A stretch of 53,288 nt of DNA from contig CAMDPW010000004.1 in NCBI GenBank assembly GCA_945905715.1, positions 1 through 53,288 of the forward strand. Reading direction: 5' to 3'. Position 1 is the first letter of the stretch; the number at the start of each line of letters is the position of its first letter. Shown here in pieces: positions 21,699 through 31,400 of this stretch. This stretch comes from Rickettsia typhi. GTDB lineage: Bacteria > Pseudomonadota > Alphaproteobacteria > Rickettsiales > JABSSG01. A program made the translations under genes and the position numbers. The notes under the pieces were generated by a model. The model saw only the letters and a list, made by a program, of their open reading frames with translations, had not been told where the DNA came from and did not search any database.

Positions 21699-22187
21699 AT
21701 GTTTTTTCTAAAACGAGTATTTAAATCATTTTTTCTAACCGAATTGCTATCAGGCATGTTTTTGACTTTCAGATATTTGTTTAAAGATAAAGTTACAATT
21801 AACTATCCTTATGAAAAAAATCCTATTAGCGCAAGGTTTAGAGGCGAACATGCATTAAGAAGATATCCAAATGGCGAAGAAAGGTGCATCGCTTGTAAGT
21901 TATGCGAGGCTATTTGCCCAGCGCAATGTATAGTTATAGAATCCGAAGAAAGAGAAGACGGCAGCAGAAGGACAACAAAATACGATATAGATATGACCAA
22001 ATGTATTTATTGCGGCTTATGTCAAGAAGCATGTCCAGTAGATGCAATTGTAGAAGGGCCTAATTTTGAATTTTCTACCGAAAGTCGAGAAGAGTTATTT
22101 TATGATAAAGAGAAATTGTTAAGAAATGGCGAAATCTGGGAAGAAGAAATAGCAAAAAAATTAAATGCAGATTATTCATTTAGGTAA
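21699..22187 (+). CDS. nuoI: NADH-quinone oxidoreductase subunit I
   Basis: Two CxxCxxCxxxCP motifs: [12 protein letters not shown] and [12 protein letters not shown]. Confidence 0.98.
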   Translation: MFFLKRVFKSFFLTELLSGMFLTFRYLFKDKVTINYPYEKNPISARFRGEHALRRYPNGEERCIACKLCEAICPAQCIVIESEEREDGSRRTTKYDIDMTKCIYCGLCQEACPVDAIVEGPNFEFSTESREELFYDKEKLLRNGEIWEEEIAKKLNADYSFR

Positions 22188-22196
22188 GATTGGGTT

Positions 22197-22832
22197 ATGT
22201 TTATATACGATTTACTATTTTATATGTTTGCTACGCTGCTTATAGGTTCGTCGCTCGGTGTGATTATAGCAAAGAATCCAGTATATGCGGTGTTGTATTT
22301 AATTTTTGCATTTTTTAATGCAGCTGGTTTGTTCATATTATTAGGTGCTGAATTTTTAGCCATGACCTTGATAATAGTTTATGTCGGTGCTGTTGCGGTT
22401 TTATTTTTGTTCGTAGTGATGATGCTTAACATTAAATTAGCGGAAATAAAGAAATTGGTTATAAAGCGCCGTATTCTACTTATTATGGTTGGTGTATTGC
22501 TGCTAGTGAATCTTTGCTTAGTAATACATGCATCAATGACTGAAAATAAAATGGTGTTGTTACCAACGTTTGCTTCTCATGCTTTTAGTGACCTAACTAA
22601 TACTGAGGCAATAGGTATGGTTCTATATACTAATTTTGCATTATTATTTGAAATGAGTGGTATAATTTTATTAGTAGCAATGATTGGTGCAATAGTGCTG
22701 ACTTATCGTGGTAGGGATATGTTGACAAAAAGGCAGGATATTAGCAAGCAATTATCTCGTACCAAAGCAACTGGTATGAAGATTGTTTCAGTGAGAACGG
22801 GAGAGGGTGTTGATGCAAGTTCTTACGAGTAG
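22197..22832 (+). CDS. nuoJ: NADH-quinone oxidoreductase subunit J
   Basis: [37 protein letters not shown]. Confidence 0.96.
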   Translation: MFIYDLLFYMFATLLIGSSLGVIIAKNPVYAVLYLIFAFFNAAGLFILLGAEFLAMTLIIVYVGAVAVLFLFVVMMLNIKLAEIKKLVIKRRILLIMVGVLLLVNLCLVIHASMTENKMVLLPTFASHAFSDLTNTEAIGMVLYTNFALLFEMSGIILLVAMIGAIVLTYRGRDMLTKRQDISKQLSRTKATGMKIVSVRTGEGVDASSYE

Positions 22833-23145
22833 CGTTTCAAGCATTGGTCTTATGCATTTTTTGTTTTTGGGAGCGACAGTATTTACTATCGGTGTCTGTG
22901 GTATTTTTCTTAATAGAAAAAATATTATTATAATTTTGCTTTCTATAGAACTTATGTTGTTAGCAGTGAACATTAATATGGTTTCTTTCTCAGTTTATTT
23001 GGGGGATTTGGTAGGACAAATTTTTGCTATTTTTATTCTTACAGTTGCAGCTGCGGAGGCAGCTATAGGACTAGCAATACTGGTTACATACTTTAGGAAT
23101 CGTGGCAGCATAGAAGTGGAGCAGATTAATCAGATGCATGGATAG
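22813..23145 (+). CDS. nuoK: NADH-quinone oxidoreductase subunit K
   Basis: [12 protein letters not shown] and [12 protein letters not shown]; GAGAGG just upstream of the ATG at 22813. Confidence 0.96.
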   Translation: MQVLTSSVSSIGLMHFLFLGATVFTIGVCGIFLNRKNIIIILLSIELMLLAVNINMVSFSVYLGDLVGQIFAIFILTVAAAEAAIGLAILVTYFRNRGSIEVEQINQMHG

Positions 23146-23148
23146 GGT

Positions 23149-25080
23149 ATGATAAGTTATATTTTACTATTACCACTAGTAGGTGCAATAATAACTGGCT
23201 TATTATGCAAAAGAGTATCAGATTTATTTGCCCAGAGTTTTAATACAGCGTTACTGGTTATCACTGCAATTTTATCTTTATTTGTTTTCAGGGATGTTGT
23301 AATGCAAGGACATATCTTGCAGGTAGACTTATTTCATTGGATTGATTTAGGATACTATACATTAAAATGGTCAATTTATGCCGATAGTTTAACTGCAATA
23401 ATGTTAGTGGTTGTAACCTCGGTATCAAGCATAGTGCATTTATATTCTATTGGTTATATGCATAAAGATCCATGTGTTCCAAAATTTATGGCATATCTAT
23501 CGTTGTTTACTTTTTTTATGCTCGTGTTAGTTACGTCAAATAACTTTATCCAGTTGTTTTTAGGCTGGGAAGGTGTTGGTTTATGTTCATACTTATTAAT
23601 TGGGTTTTGGCATCAAAAGAAATCAGCTAATGATGCTGCAATAAAAGCTTTTGTTATTAATAGAGTAGGTGATATTTTTTTTGCAATAGGTATTTTTACT
23701 ATATTATATGTATTTGAAAGCGTTACATTTAAGCAGGTTTTTGCTCAAGCCTCAATATACAAAGATCATTTTGTTTCAATTTTAGGCTTTAAGCTTCATA
23801 CATTAGATTTTATTTGCGTGTTGTTATTTATTGGCTGTATGGGTAAATCTGCACAAATTGGTCTTCATACTTGGCTACCTGATGCTATGGAAGGGCCAAC
23901 ACCAGTTAGCGCCTTAATTCATGCTGCAACTATGGTAACTGCTGGTGTATTTTTGGTTGCAAGGTGTTCTCCTTTATTTGAATACGCACCTTTTGCACGT
24001 GATATGGTAACTACTATTGGAGCTATTACTTGCGTTTTTGCAGCAACAATTGCTTTAGTACAAAATGATATAAAGAAAATAGTTGCATACTCTACATGCA
24101 GCCAGTTAGGTTATATGTTTTTTGCTTGTGGGGTTTCAGCGTACCCAGTAGCAATTTTCCATTTATTTACACACGCATTTTTTAAAGCTTTACTTTTTTT
24201 GGGTTGTGGTAGTGTAATCCATAGTCTTTCAGGAGAGCAGGATATAACTAAAATGGGTGGGTTATGGAAAAACATTCCATTTACTTACGCAATTATGTGG
24301 ATAGGTTCTCTAGCTCTTTGTGGTATTTGGCCATTTGCAGGCTATTACTCAAAGGATGCAATTATTGAGTCTGCATACGCTTCAGGAACGGCAGTTGGTC
24401 AATATGCATTTAGTATGGGTATATTTGCCGCAGGTTGTACAGCTTTTTATAGTTGTCGATTATTGTTCATGGTGTTTCATGGCAAGTCTAAATTATCAGC
24501 TGATGTTCGTAAATGCGTTCATGAGCCATCTTTGACTATGATTGTATCTTTAACATTACTTTCTATAGGGGCTATTTTTGCTGGCGTTATTGGAAAAAAC
24601 GTACTTAATATTTTATCTCCAAGTTTAGAATTTTGGCATAATTCTATAAGGATACTTTCTCAAAACAATGTGTTAGATCAGATCCATGATTTATCTATTA
24701 GCGTAAAGATTACACCTCTTATTGCTACAATATTAGGTGGTGGATTAGCTTATGTATTTTATATTCAAAATCCAAAATTGCCAAAATTGCTTACTGCCAA
24801 GTACCAGTGGTTGCATGCCGTACTGTATAATAAGTATTATATAGATGAAGTATACGATGTGTTTATTGTTAGTAATATTAAAAATTTGGCAAAATCCTTG
24901 ATTAATACAATAGAAAAAAAGGCTATTGATGGCTTTGGACCAAATGGATTTGCAGTTATTGCAAATAAAATTTCAGGTTACGTTAGCAGAATGCAAACCG
25001 GATATGTATATCACTATGCTTTGGTAATGTTACTTGGTTTTGTTGCGTTATTTACTTGGTATATGTTAACATTTTGTTAG
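23149..25080 (+). CDS. nuoL: NADH-quinone oxidoreductase subunit L
   Basis: GWEGVGLCSYLLI, KSAQ..LHTWLPDAMEGPTPVSALIHAATMV, HAFFKALLF. Confidence 0.98.
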   Translation: MISYILLLPLVGAIITGLLCKRVSDLFAQSFNTALLVITAILSLFVFRDVVMQGHILQVDLFHWIDLGYYTLKWSIYADSLTAIMLVVVTSVSSIVHLYSIGYMHKDPCVPKFMAYLSLFTFFMLVLVTSNNFIQLFLGWEGVGLCSYLLIGFWHQKKSANDAAIKAFVINRVGDIFFAIGIFTILYVFESVTFKQVFAQASIYKDHFVSILGFKLHTLDFICVLLFIGCMGKSAQIGLHTWLPDAMEGPTPVSALIHAATMVTAGVFLVARCSPLFEYAPFARDMVTTIGAITCVFAATIALVQNDIKKIVAYSTCSQLGYMFFACGVSAYPVAIFHLFTHAFFKALLFLGCGSVIHSLSGEQDITKMGGLWKNIPFTYAIMWIGSLALCGIWPFAGYYSKDAIIESAYASGTAVGQYAFSMGIFAAGCTAFYSCRLLFMVFHGKSKLSADVRKCVHEPSLTMIVSLTLLSIGAIFAGVIGKNVLNILSPSLEFWHNSIRILSQNNVLDQIHDLSISVKITPLIATILGGGLAYVFYIQNPKLPKLLTAKYQWLHAVLYNKYYIDEVYDVFIVSNIKNLAKSLINTIEKKAIDGFGPNGFAVIANKISGYVSRMQTGYVYHYALVMLLGFVALFTWYMLTFC

Positions 25081-25095
25081 AGAAGATTACGAACT

Positions 25096-26601
25096 ATGCT
25101 TAGTTTTCCTTGGTTGTCATTGGCAATATTTTTTCCACTTGTTGGTATTATCTTGATTTTATTTTTAGGAAACAATGAAACCGAAGAAGGAGTAAGGTTT
25201 ACGAAATTTTCTGCTTTAATTACATCTCTTATTACTTTTTTTATTACAATTGTAGTTGCTTTCAATTTTCATTCAGATGAGCGTGTTGTTTCTTATGGTT
25301 TATATCAGTTTAATGAGCAAGTAAATTGGTTTAAAGGATTGAATATTGATTATCATTTAGGGGTAGATTCTATTTCCTTACCTTTCATCTTACTTACCAG
25401 TTTGCTCATAGTGGTTTGTATTATAAGTAGCTGGCGTTCTATTAAAGAAAAAGTTAAAGAATATTTTATGTTATTTCTACTACTAGAAACTTTAATATTA
25501 GGCGTGTTTTTATCGCTTGATTTGGTATTATTTTATTTATTTTTTGAGGCTGTTCTTATTCCTATGTTTTTTATTATTGGTATTTGGGGAGCTGAAGATC
25601 GTGTTTATGCAGCATTTAAGTTCTTTTTATATACTTTAGCAGGTTCAGTGTTCTTTCTCTTAGCGATTATTTATATTTACATACAAACTGGTACTACAAA
25701 TATTATTTCCTTAACCTTGCTTCTGCCACAATTTCCATTTGATGTACAAAAGTGGTTATGGATAGGATTTTTCTTAGGATTTGCTATTAAAATTCCAATG
25801 TGGCCAGTACATACATGGCTACCAGATGCTCACGTACAAGCTCCTACCGCAGGTTCAGTAATTCTAGCTGGTATCTTGCTAAAACTAGGTGCTTATGGTT
25901 TTATTAGGTTTTCTTTAGCGATGCTACCAGAGATAAGTTATTTGTTTAAAGACTTTATTTTCCTATTAAGCGCTGTTGCTATAATTTATGCATCTTTGTT
26001 AGCTTTTGTACAAACTAATATGAAAAAATTAATTGCCTATTCTTCAATAGCTCATATGGGTTATGTCACTAATGGAATCTTTGCAGCAAATATTCAAGGG
26101 TTACAAGGGGCAATTATACAAATGGTTAGTCACGGCATAATTTCAGCCGCTTTGTTTCTATGTGTTGGTGTGTTATATGACCGTGCTCATAGCAAAGAAA
26201 TCTCTCAATTTGGAGGAGTGGCACAAAAGATGCCGTTATTTGCTGCTATATTTATGTTTTTTATGTTATGTTCTATTGCTTTGCCAGGGACAAGTGGTTT
26301 TGTTGGTGAGTTGCTTAGCTTAATAGGTTTATTCAAAGTTAATATGTATTATGCTGTAGTGTCTTCAATCGGAATGGTACTAGGTGCCATGTATATGCTG
26401 TATTTATACGCTCAAGTAATGTTTGGAGAAGTAAATAAAATGCACGCTAAAGCTCTAACTGCATTAAATATGCACGAAACAATAGCATTTATCCCTTTGA
26501 TTGTAATAGCAATTGTGCTTGGTATATATCCCTCAGTGTTAACAGGGCTAACCAATAAAACTTTATTATCATTAATTCAATATATTAAATACTACACATG
26601 A
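25096..26601 (+). CDS. nuoM: NADH-quinone oxidoreductase subunit M
   Basis: FFEAVLIPM, KIPMWPVHTWLPDAHVQAPTAGS, AYSSIAHMG, LPGTSGFVGE. Confidence 0.98.
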   Translation: MLSFPWLSLAIFFPLVGIILILFLGNNETEEGVRFTKFSALITSLITFFITIVVAFNFHSDERVVSYGLYQFNEQVNWFKGLNIDYHLGVDSISLPFILLTSLLIVVCIISSWRSIKEKVKEYFMLFLLLETLILGVFLSLDLVLFYLFFEAVLIPMFFIIGIWGAEDRVYAAFKFFLYTLAGSVFFLLAIIYIYIQTGTTNIISLTLLLPQFPFDVQKWLWIGFFLGFAIKIPMWPVHTWLPDAHVQAPTAGSVILAGILLKLGAYGFIRFSLAMLPEISYLFKDFIFLLSAVAIIYASLLAFVQTNMKKLIAYSSIAHMGYVTNGIFAANIQGLQGAIIQMVSHGIISAALFLCVGVLYDRAHSKEISQFGGVAQKMPLFAAIFMFFMLCSIALPGTSGFVGELLSLIGLFKVNMYYAVVSSIGMVLGAMYMLYLYAQVMFGEVNKMHAKALTALNMHETIAFIPLIVIAIVLGIYPSVLTGLTNKTLLSLIQYIKYYT

Positions 26602-28061
26602 CAGAGATTTTTTTTATATTTTCTTCAATTTCTTCAGAGTTTATTCTAAGTGTTGGTTCACTGTTTTTACTCATGTTAGGGTTGTTTAGAAAAAAAACAG
26701 ATAAGTTAATTATATATTTAGGGGTTTTGCTTTTATTGACTAGTCTGCTTAGTGCGCAAGTGAATTTTGGCAAGGGTACACAATTTTTTTTCAATCACTC
26801 GTTATTATTGAATGGTTTTGTAAATTTTACCAAGTGCATTATTGTGATTGGTGCAATTTTATCATTACTATTAGCTGCTGCGTACGGCAATATAAATAAA
26901 ATATTTTATAATTCTGAATATACTGTGCTTATTTTATTTGCAGTAGTGGGCATGTTAGTAATGTTATCTGCTAATGATTTTATGACACTTTATTTGGGGG
27001 TAGAGTTACAGAGTTTATGTCTTTATATACTTGCAAGTTATGACAGAGATAATACTTTATCGGCAGAAGCAGGTCTAAAATATTTTATATTAGGAGCTCT
27101 TTCATCTGGAATTTTATTATTTGGCGTCTCATTGATTTATGGTTTCAGTGGCACAATAAATTTCACTCAATTTTCTTTTCTTTACCAACACTATCCAACA
27201 GATAATGTTATCCCAATAGGTATTTTAATTGGCATGATGATGATTATAGTGGGACTTAGTTTTAAAATAGCAGCGGTACCATTTCATATGTGGATTCCAG
27301 ATGTATATCAAGGCTCTCCTTTGCCAGTTACAGCATTTTTTTCTATAGTCCCAAAAATTGCCGCACTAATGATATTAGCAAGATTAATGTTAATTCACTT
27401 TGATATTTGGACTGATTCATGGATACAAATCATCTCATTTTTATCAGCTTCATCCATGGTAGTAGGTGCTTTTGGGGCAATAAGACAAAATAACATTAAA
27501 CGATTACTTGCTTATAGCGCTATTGGTCATGTTGGCTATATGTTAATTGGTATAGCCACACAAAACGAACTGGGGTTACAAGATTTAATCTTATACACGA
27601 TGGTTTATGGTTTATTGAATGCTGGGATTTTTGCATTAATTATGATGGTACAAAATAAAAGAAAAGAAGATTATAATTTAACGATATTATCTGGTTTAGC
27701 AAAAACTCATCCCATGATTGCCGCAGCAATAGCAATGATTATGTTGTCTATGGCAGGAATACCTCCATTTGCTGGATTTGTAGTGAAGTTCTATATTTTT
27801 ATTGCTGCAGTTAAGTTTGATTTGTATGCGTTAGCAATTGTTGGCCTACTTACCAGTGTTATTTCATCTTATTACTATTTAAGAGTGATAAAAATTATGT
27901 ATTTTGAAGATGTTATTGTCAATAACGTTAATGTAAAAGATTACTATTTTGAAAACGTCATAATAGCTGGTATTGTTGTGATCTTGAATGCAGTATTTTT
28001 TGTGGTACCATCAAAATTTAACGATGACATATATGTGTATATTAGCAGTTTAGTAGAATAA
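26598..28061 (+). CDS. nuoN: NADH-quinone oxidoreductase subunit N
   Basis: EAGLKYFILG, FKIAAVPFHMWIPDVYQG, KRLLAYSAIGH, SMAGIPPFAGF. Confidence 0.97.
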   Translation: MTEIFFIFSSISSEFILSVGSLFLLMLGLFRKKTDKLIIYLGVLLLLTSLLSAQVNFGKGTQFFFNHSLLLNGFVNFTKCIIVIGAILSLLLAAAYGNINKIFYNSEYTVLILFAVVGMLVMLSANDFMTLYLGVELQSLCLYILASYDRDNTLSAEAGLKYFILGALSSGILLFGVSLIYGFSGTINFTQFSFLYQHYPTDNVIPIGILIGMMMIIVGLSFKIAAVPFHMWIPDVYQGSPLPVTAFFSIVPKIAALMILARLMLIHFDIWTDSWIQIISFLSASSMVVGAFGAIRQNNIKRLLAYSAIGHVGYMLIGIATQNELGLQDLILYTMVYGLLNAGIFALIMMVQNKRKEDYNLTILSGLAKTHPMIAAAIAMIMLSMAGIPPFAGFVVKFYIFIAAVKFDLYALAIVGLLTSVISSYYYLRVIKIMYFEDVIVNNVNVKDYYFENVIIAGIVVILNAVFFVVPSKFNDDIYVYISSLVE

Positions 28062-28063
28062 AT

Positions 28064-28825
28064 ATGACAAAACACTGGATATATAAATACAATCTTTTAA
28101 TGTTTGACAAGGTTGGCAGCACCAATGAAGAAGCATTGAGGTTAGTTTATAGTGGTGCTAAAGGTGATTATGCTATTTTTGCTAAACAGCAAATAGCTAG
28201 AAGAGAAGGGCACTATAAGCAACTGTATGCACCTGAGGGTAATTTTTATTTATCACTTTTGTTAGAGCCAGTTTTTACTGTTGAATCAGGTGTTGAGATG
28301 TATTTTGTTGCAGTTCTGGCAGTAAAAGAAGCTATAACTTATACTTTAGGAATAGATTTAAATATTAATTTTCAATGGCCAAATGATGTTTTATTAAATG
28401 GAAAAAAAATATGCGAGATTACACTTGAGTTCTCTAGTGCTTCACAAAAAAATATACCAGATTGGTTTGTAATCAGTATAGAAATCAATGTAATGCATTT
28501 TCCTACTGAGGTTGAATTTAATGCCACTTCACTCAAAAATGAAGGATGTGGTGAAGTGCCATGTGATTTATTGCTTAATGAGTTTATGAAGAGCTTTGTT
28601 AGTAGATACAATGTATGGCGTAACAGAGGGTTTAACACATTAAAACTAGAATGGATGAGTAGCGCTTTTAATCTAAATAAACCAATTACTGTAATTTTTA
28701 GAGGCGAAAAGATTTCAGGTGTTTTTAAAGGCATAGACAAAGTGGGATCGCTTTTATTAAGCCTAGCTGATGGTCAGCTAAAAACTATAATAGTTAGCGA
28801 AGTTTTGTTTGAACAAAAATTTTAA
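28064..28825 (+). CDS. birA: Biotin-protein ligase homolog with degenerate catalytic motifs
   Basis: STN, WPNDVLLNGKKI, ATSL and an SH3-like C-terminus (GVFKGID..GSLLL); conserved position after nuoN. The GRGR and GxGIN motifs are altered. Confidence 0.85.
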   Translation: MTKHWIYKYNLLMFDKVGSTNEEALRLVYSGAKGDYAIFAKQQIARREGHYKQLYAPEGNFYLSLLLEPVFTVESGVEMYFVAVLAVKEAITYTLGIDLNINFQWPNDVLLNGKKICEITLEFSSASQKNIPDWFVISIEINVMHFPTEVEFNATSLKNEGCGEVPCDLLLNEFMKSFVSRYNVWRNRGFNTLKLEWMSSAFNLNKPITVIFRGEKISGVFKGIDKVGSLLLSLADGQLKTIIVSEVLFEQKF

Positions 28826-28849
28826 CAGCATAATCATAAAGCGATCAAA

Positions 28850-30535
28850 ATGACATTTAATATAGCAGAATACAAGAATGATTTTCTCTTTCTCCCACTT
28901 GGTGGGTCAGGTGAAATTGGTATGAATCTTAATCTCTATCAATACAAAAGTAAGTGGTTAATGGTTGATTGCGGAGCTGGTTTTGCTGAAGATTACTTAC
29001 CTGGGGTAAATCTTATTGTGCCAGATATTAGTTTTATAGTGAAGCATAAAAAAGATTTATTAGGTATAGTTATTACTCATATTCATGAGGATCATATCGG
29101 GGGGGTACAATATTTATGGGAATCACTACGCTGCCCCATTTATGCTACTCCATTGGCAGTAACATTCTTAAGAGGTAGATTAGCTGAGCTTGACCGTAAA
29201 GCGAACTTCGTCCATCAGATTAAAATTCATGAAGTGCCACAAAAAAGTAATATTGCGATTGGTCCTTTTGAAGTTTCGATGGTACCATTATGTCATTCCA
29301 CCCCTGAGATGCAAGCATTGGTGATTAAGACTGAATTGGGTAGCGTTTTCCATACTGGGGATTGGAAATTTGATGATAACCCACTAGTAGGAGAAGTAAA
29401 CGATGAGAAATTGCTTGGATCTTATGGCGACAAAGGTATTCTAGCTTTAATCGGGGATTCTACTAACGTATTTAATAATGATTCCTCTGGCTCAGAAGGC
29501 AATCTCAGAAAGTCGTTGACTGATTTAATTAGTGGCTGTAGCAAACTAGTAGTAGTTACTACTTTTGCTTCTAATATTGCTCGCCTTGAAAGTCTAATCT
29601 TTGCAGCGCAACAAGTTGGAAGAGTTGTGGTATTAGCTGGTAGAAGTATTAAACGTATTATTAATGTGGCAAAAGAAACAGGATATTTGCAGAATATTGA
29701 ATTATTTATTGATGAACAAGATGTCGGTAAGTATTCTCGTGATAAAATATTGATTATTTCTACAGGTTGCCAAGGAGAACCTTTAGCAGCCATGACTAAA
29801 ATGTCAAATGGTTCTCACCCGAGACTACGCTTAACTCCTGGTGACTCGGTGATATTTTCATCCAAAATTATTCCTGGAAATGACAAGAAAATTTTTCGTG
29901 TATTTAATAACTTAGTGAAACTTGGTATAGAAGTGTACACTGAACGTGATCATTTCGTTCATGTTTCTGGGCATCCTAGTAAAAAAGAACTGGAAAGATT
30001 GTATAAATTAATTAGACCTAAAATTGCTATACCAGTGCATGGCGAGCATACCCATATACATGAGCATGCCAAATTAGCAAGAGCTCTTGGTGTACAAACG
30101 GTGTTTGAAGTTGCAAATGGTGATGTAGTGAAACTTGCGCCAAATAAGCCAGAGAAAATACACAAAGTAGAGGCTGGAGTAATGGCAATAGATGGACATC
30201 GTTTGTTGAAATCATCCGCTCCAGTGATGAAAATGCGGCGTAAAATTCAGTCTGATGGAGTGGTTATTGCAACTTTATTTTTTTCACAGAATTTCATTTT
30301 AAAAGTCGATCCAATACTCTCTGTTCCAGGGTGTTTAGATGAAATTGAAGATAAGCATTTCATTACTTATATTCAGGATGAAATACGCGCTATAATCGAT
30401 AACAACTTGCCGCACGGCAAAATGAAATTGGTAGTAGAAATGTATCAAAAGCAAGTAAAAAGCTTAATTAGATCCATATTAAAAACTGAAATTGGTAAAA
30501 TGCCAGAAATTCAAGTTAATATACGTATAATTTAA
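28850..30535 (+). CDS. rnj: Ribonuclease J
   Basis: PLGGSGEIGMN, THIHEDHIG, HTGDWK, TGCQGEP, HVSGH, PVHGE. Confidence 0.96.
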   Translation: MTFNIAEYKNDFLFLPLGGSGEIGMNLNLYQYKSKWLMVDCGAGFAEDYLPGVNLIVPDISFIVKHKKDLLGIVITHIHEDHIGGVQYLWESLRCPIYATPLAVTFLRGRLAELDRKANFVHQIKIHEVPQKSNIAIGPFEVSMVPLCHSTPEMQALVIKTELGSVFHTGDWKFDDNPLVGEVNDEKLLGSYGDKGILALIGDSTNVFNNDSSGSEGNLRKSLTDLISGCSKLVVVTTFASNIARLESLIFAAQQVGRVVVLAGRSIKRIINVAKETGYLQNIELFIDEQDVGKYSRDKILIISTGCQGEPLAAMTKMSNGSHPRLRLTPGDSVIFSSKIIPGNDKKIFRVFNNLVKLGIEVYTERDHFVHVSGHPSKKELERLYKLIRPKIAIPVHGEHTHIHEHAKLARALGVQTVFEVANGDVVKLAPNKPEKIHKVEAGVMAIDGHRLLKSSAPVMKMRRKIQSDGVVIATLFFSQNFILKVDPILSVPGCLDEIEDKHFITYIQDEIRAIIDNNLPHGKMKLVVEMYQKQVKSLIRSILKTEIGKMPEIQVNIRII

Positions 30536-30536
30536 A

Positions 30537-31400
30537 ATGACCCAATTATATTACGAAACACTTACTAGCAGAGCAGTATTTACTGTAGGTGGTGCTGATG
30601 CTATCATATTTCTGCAGGGACTACTTACTAATGACGTTAAAAAGCTTAAAGCTCATCAAGCGATATACAGCCTTATGCTTACTCCTCAAGGTAAGTTCTT
30701 GTATGATTTTCATTTAGCTATGAATGATAATGCAGATACGATTTTTTTAGATTGTGACTTAATAAAATATGAAGAGATTTGTGCTAAGTTTTCTATGTAC
30801 AAATTAAGGTCAGATATAGAAATCAACAAAATAAAAGATGAATATACAATACTAGTTGTTTATGGTAATAAAATTTTTCAACCGCTCAAAGATAGTAATA
30901 CTATAGTTTTCCTTGATTTAAGAAATCCTCTTTTAGGATACAGAGTTATAATCAAAAAGAACATGATTGATGAGTTCATTTACAATAATAAGCTGGCCTC
31001 AGGAAAAAATTATAATAGTATCATTTATGATCTTGTCATTCCCGAAGCGAATGTTGACTTAATTTCTGATAAGAGTTTTCCTATGGAATTCGGCTTAGAT
31101 AACCTTAACGCCATTTCTTTTGAAAAAGGCTGTTATGTTGGGCAGGAGTTAACTGCAAGAACTAAGTATAGGGGTGTTGTGCGCAAAAAGTTATATAAAA
31201 TCAGTGCTGACAGTGATCTTAATAATATTCAATACGGAACCTCAATTATGATTAATAATATTAAAATAGGAATTTTTTGTTCCGCATTCGGTACTATGGG
31301 CAAGGCTTTAATTCGTGAAGAAGACTATAATAGATTACGTAGCGGTAATAAGCCAATCAAACTAAATGAAAATGAGATTAGATTGGAGCCACAAAAATAA
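30537..31400 (+). CDS. ygfZ: Folate-binding Fe-S maturation protein YgfZ/Iba57
   Basis: FLQGLLTND, LTPQGK and the signature KGCYVGQE. Confidence 0.94.
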   Translation: MTQLYYETLTSRAVFTVGGADAIIFLQGLLTNDVKKLKAHQAIYSLMLTPQGKFLYDFHLAMNDNADTIFLDCDLIKYEEICAKFSMYKLRSDIEINKIKDEYTILVVYGNKIFQPLKDSNTIVFLDLRNPLLGYRVIIKKNMIDEFIYNNKLASGKNYNSIIYDLVIPEANVDLISDKSFPMEFGLDNLNAISFEKGCYVGQELTARTKYRGVVRKKLYKISADSDLNNIQYGTSIMINNIKIGIFCSAFGTMGKALIREEDYNRLRSGNKPIKLNENEIRLEPQK

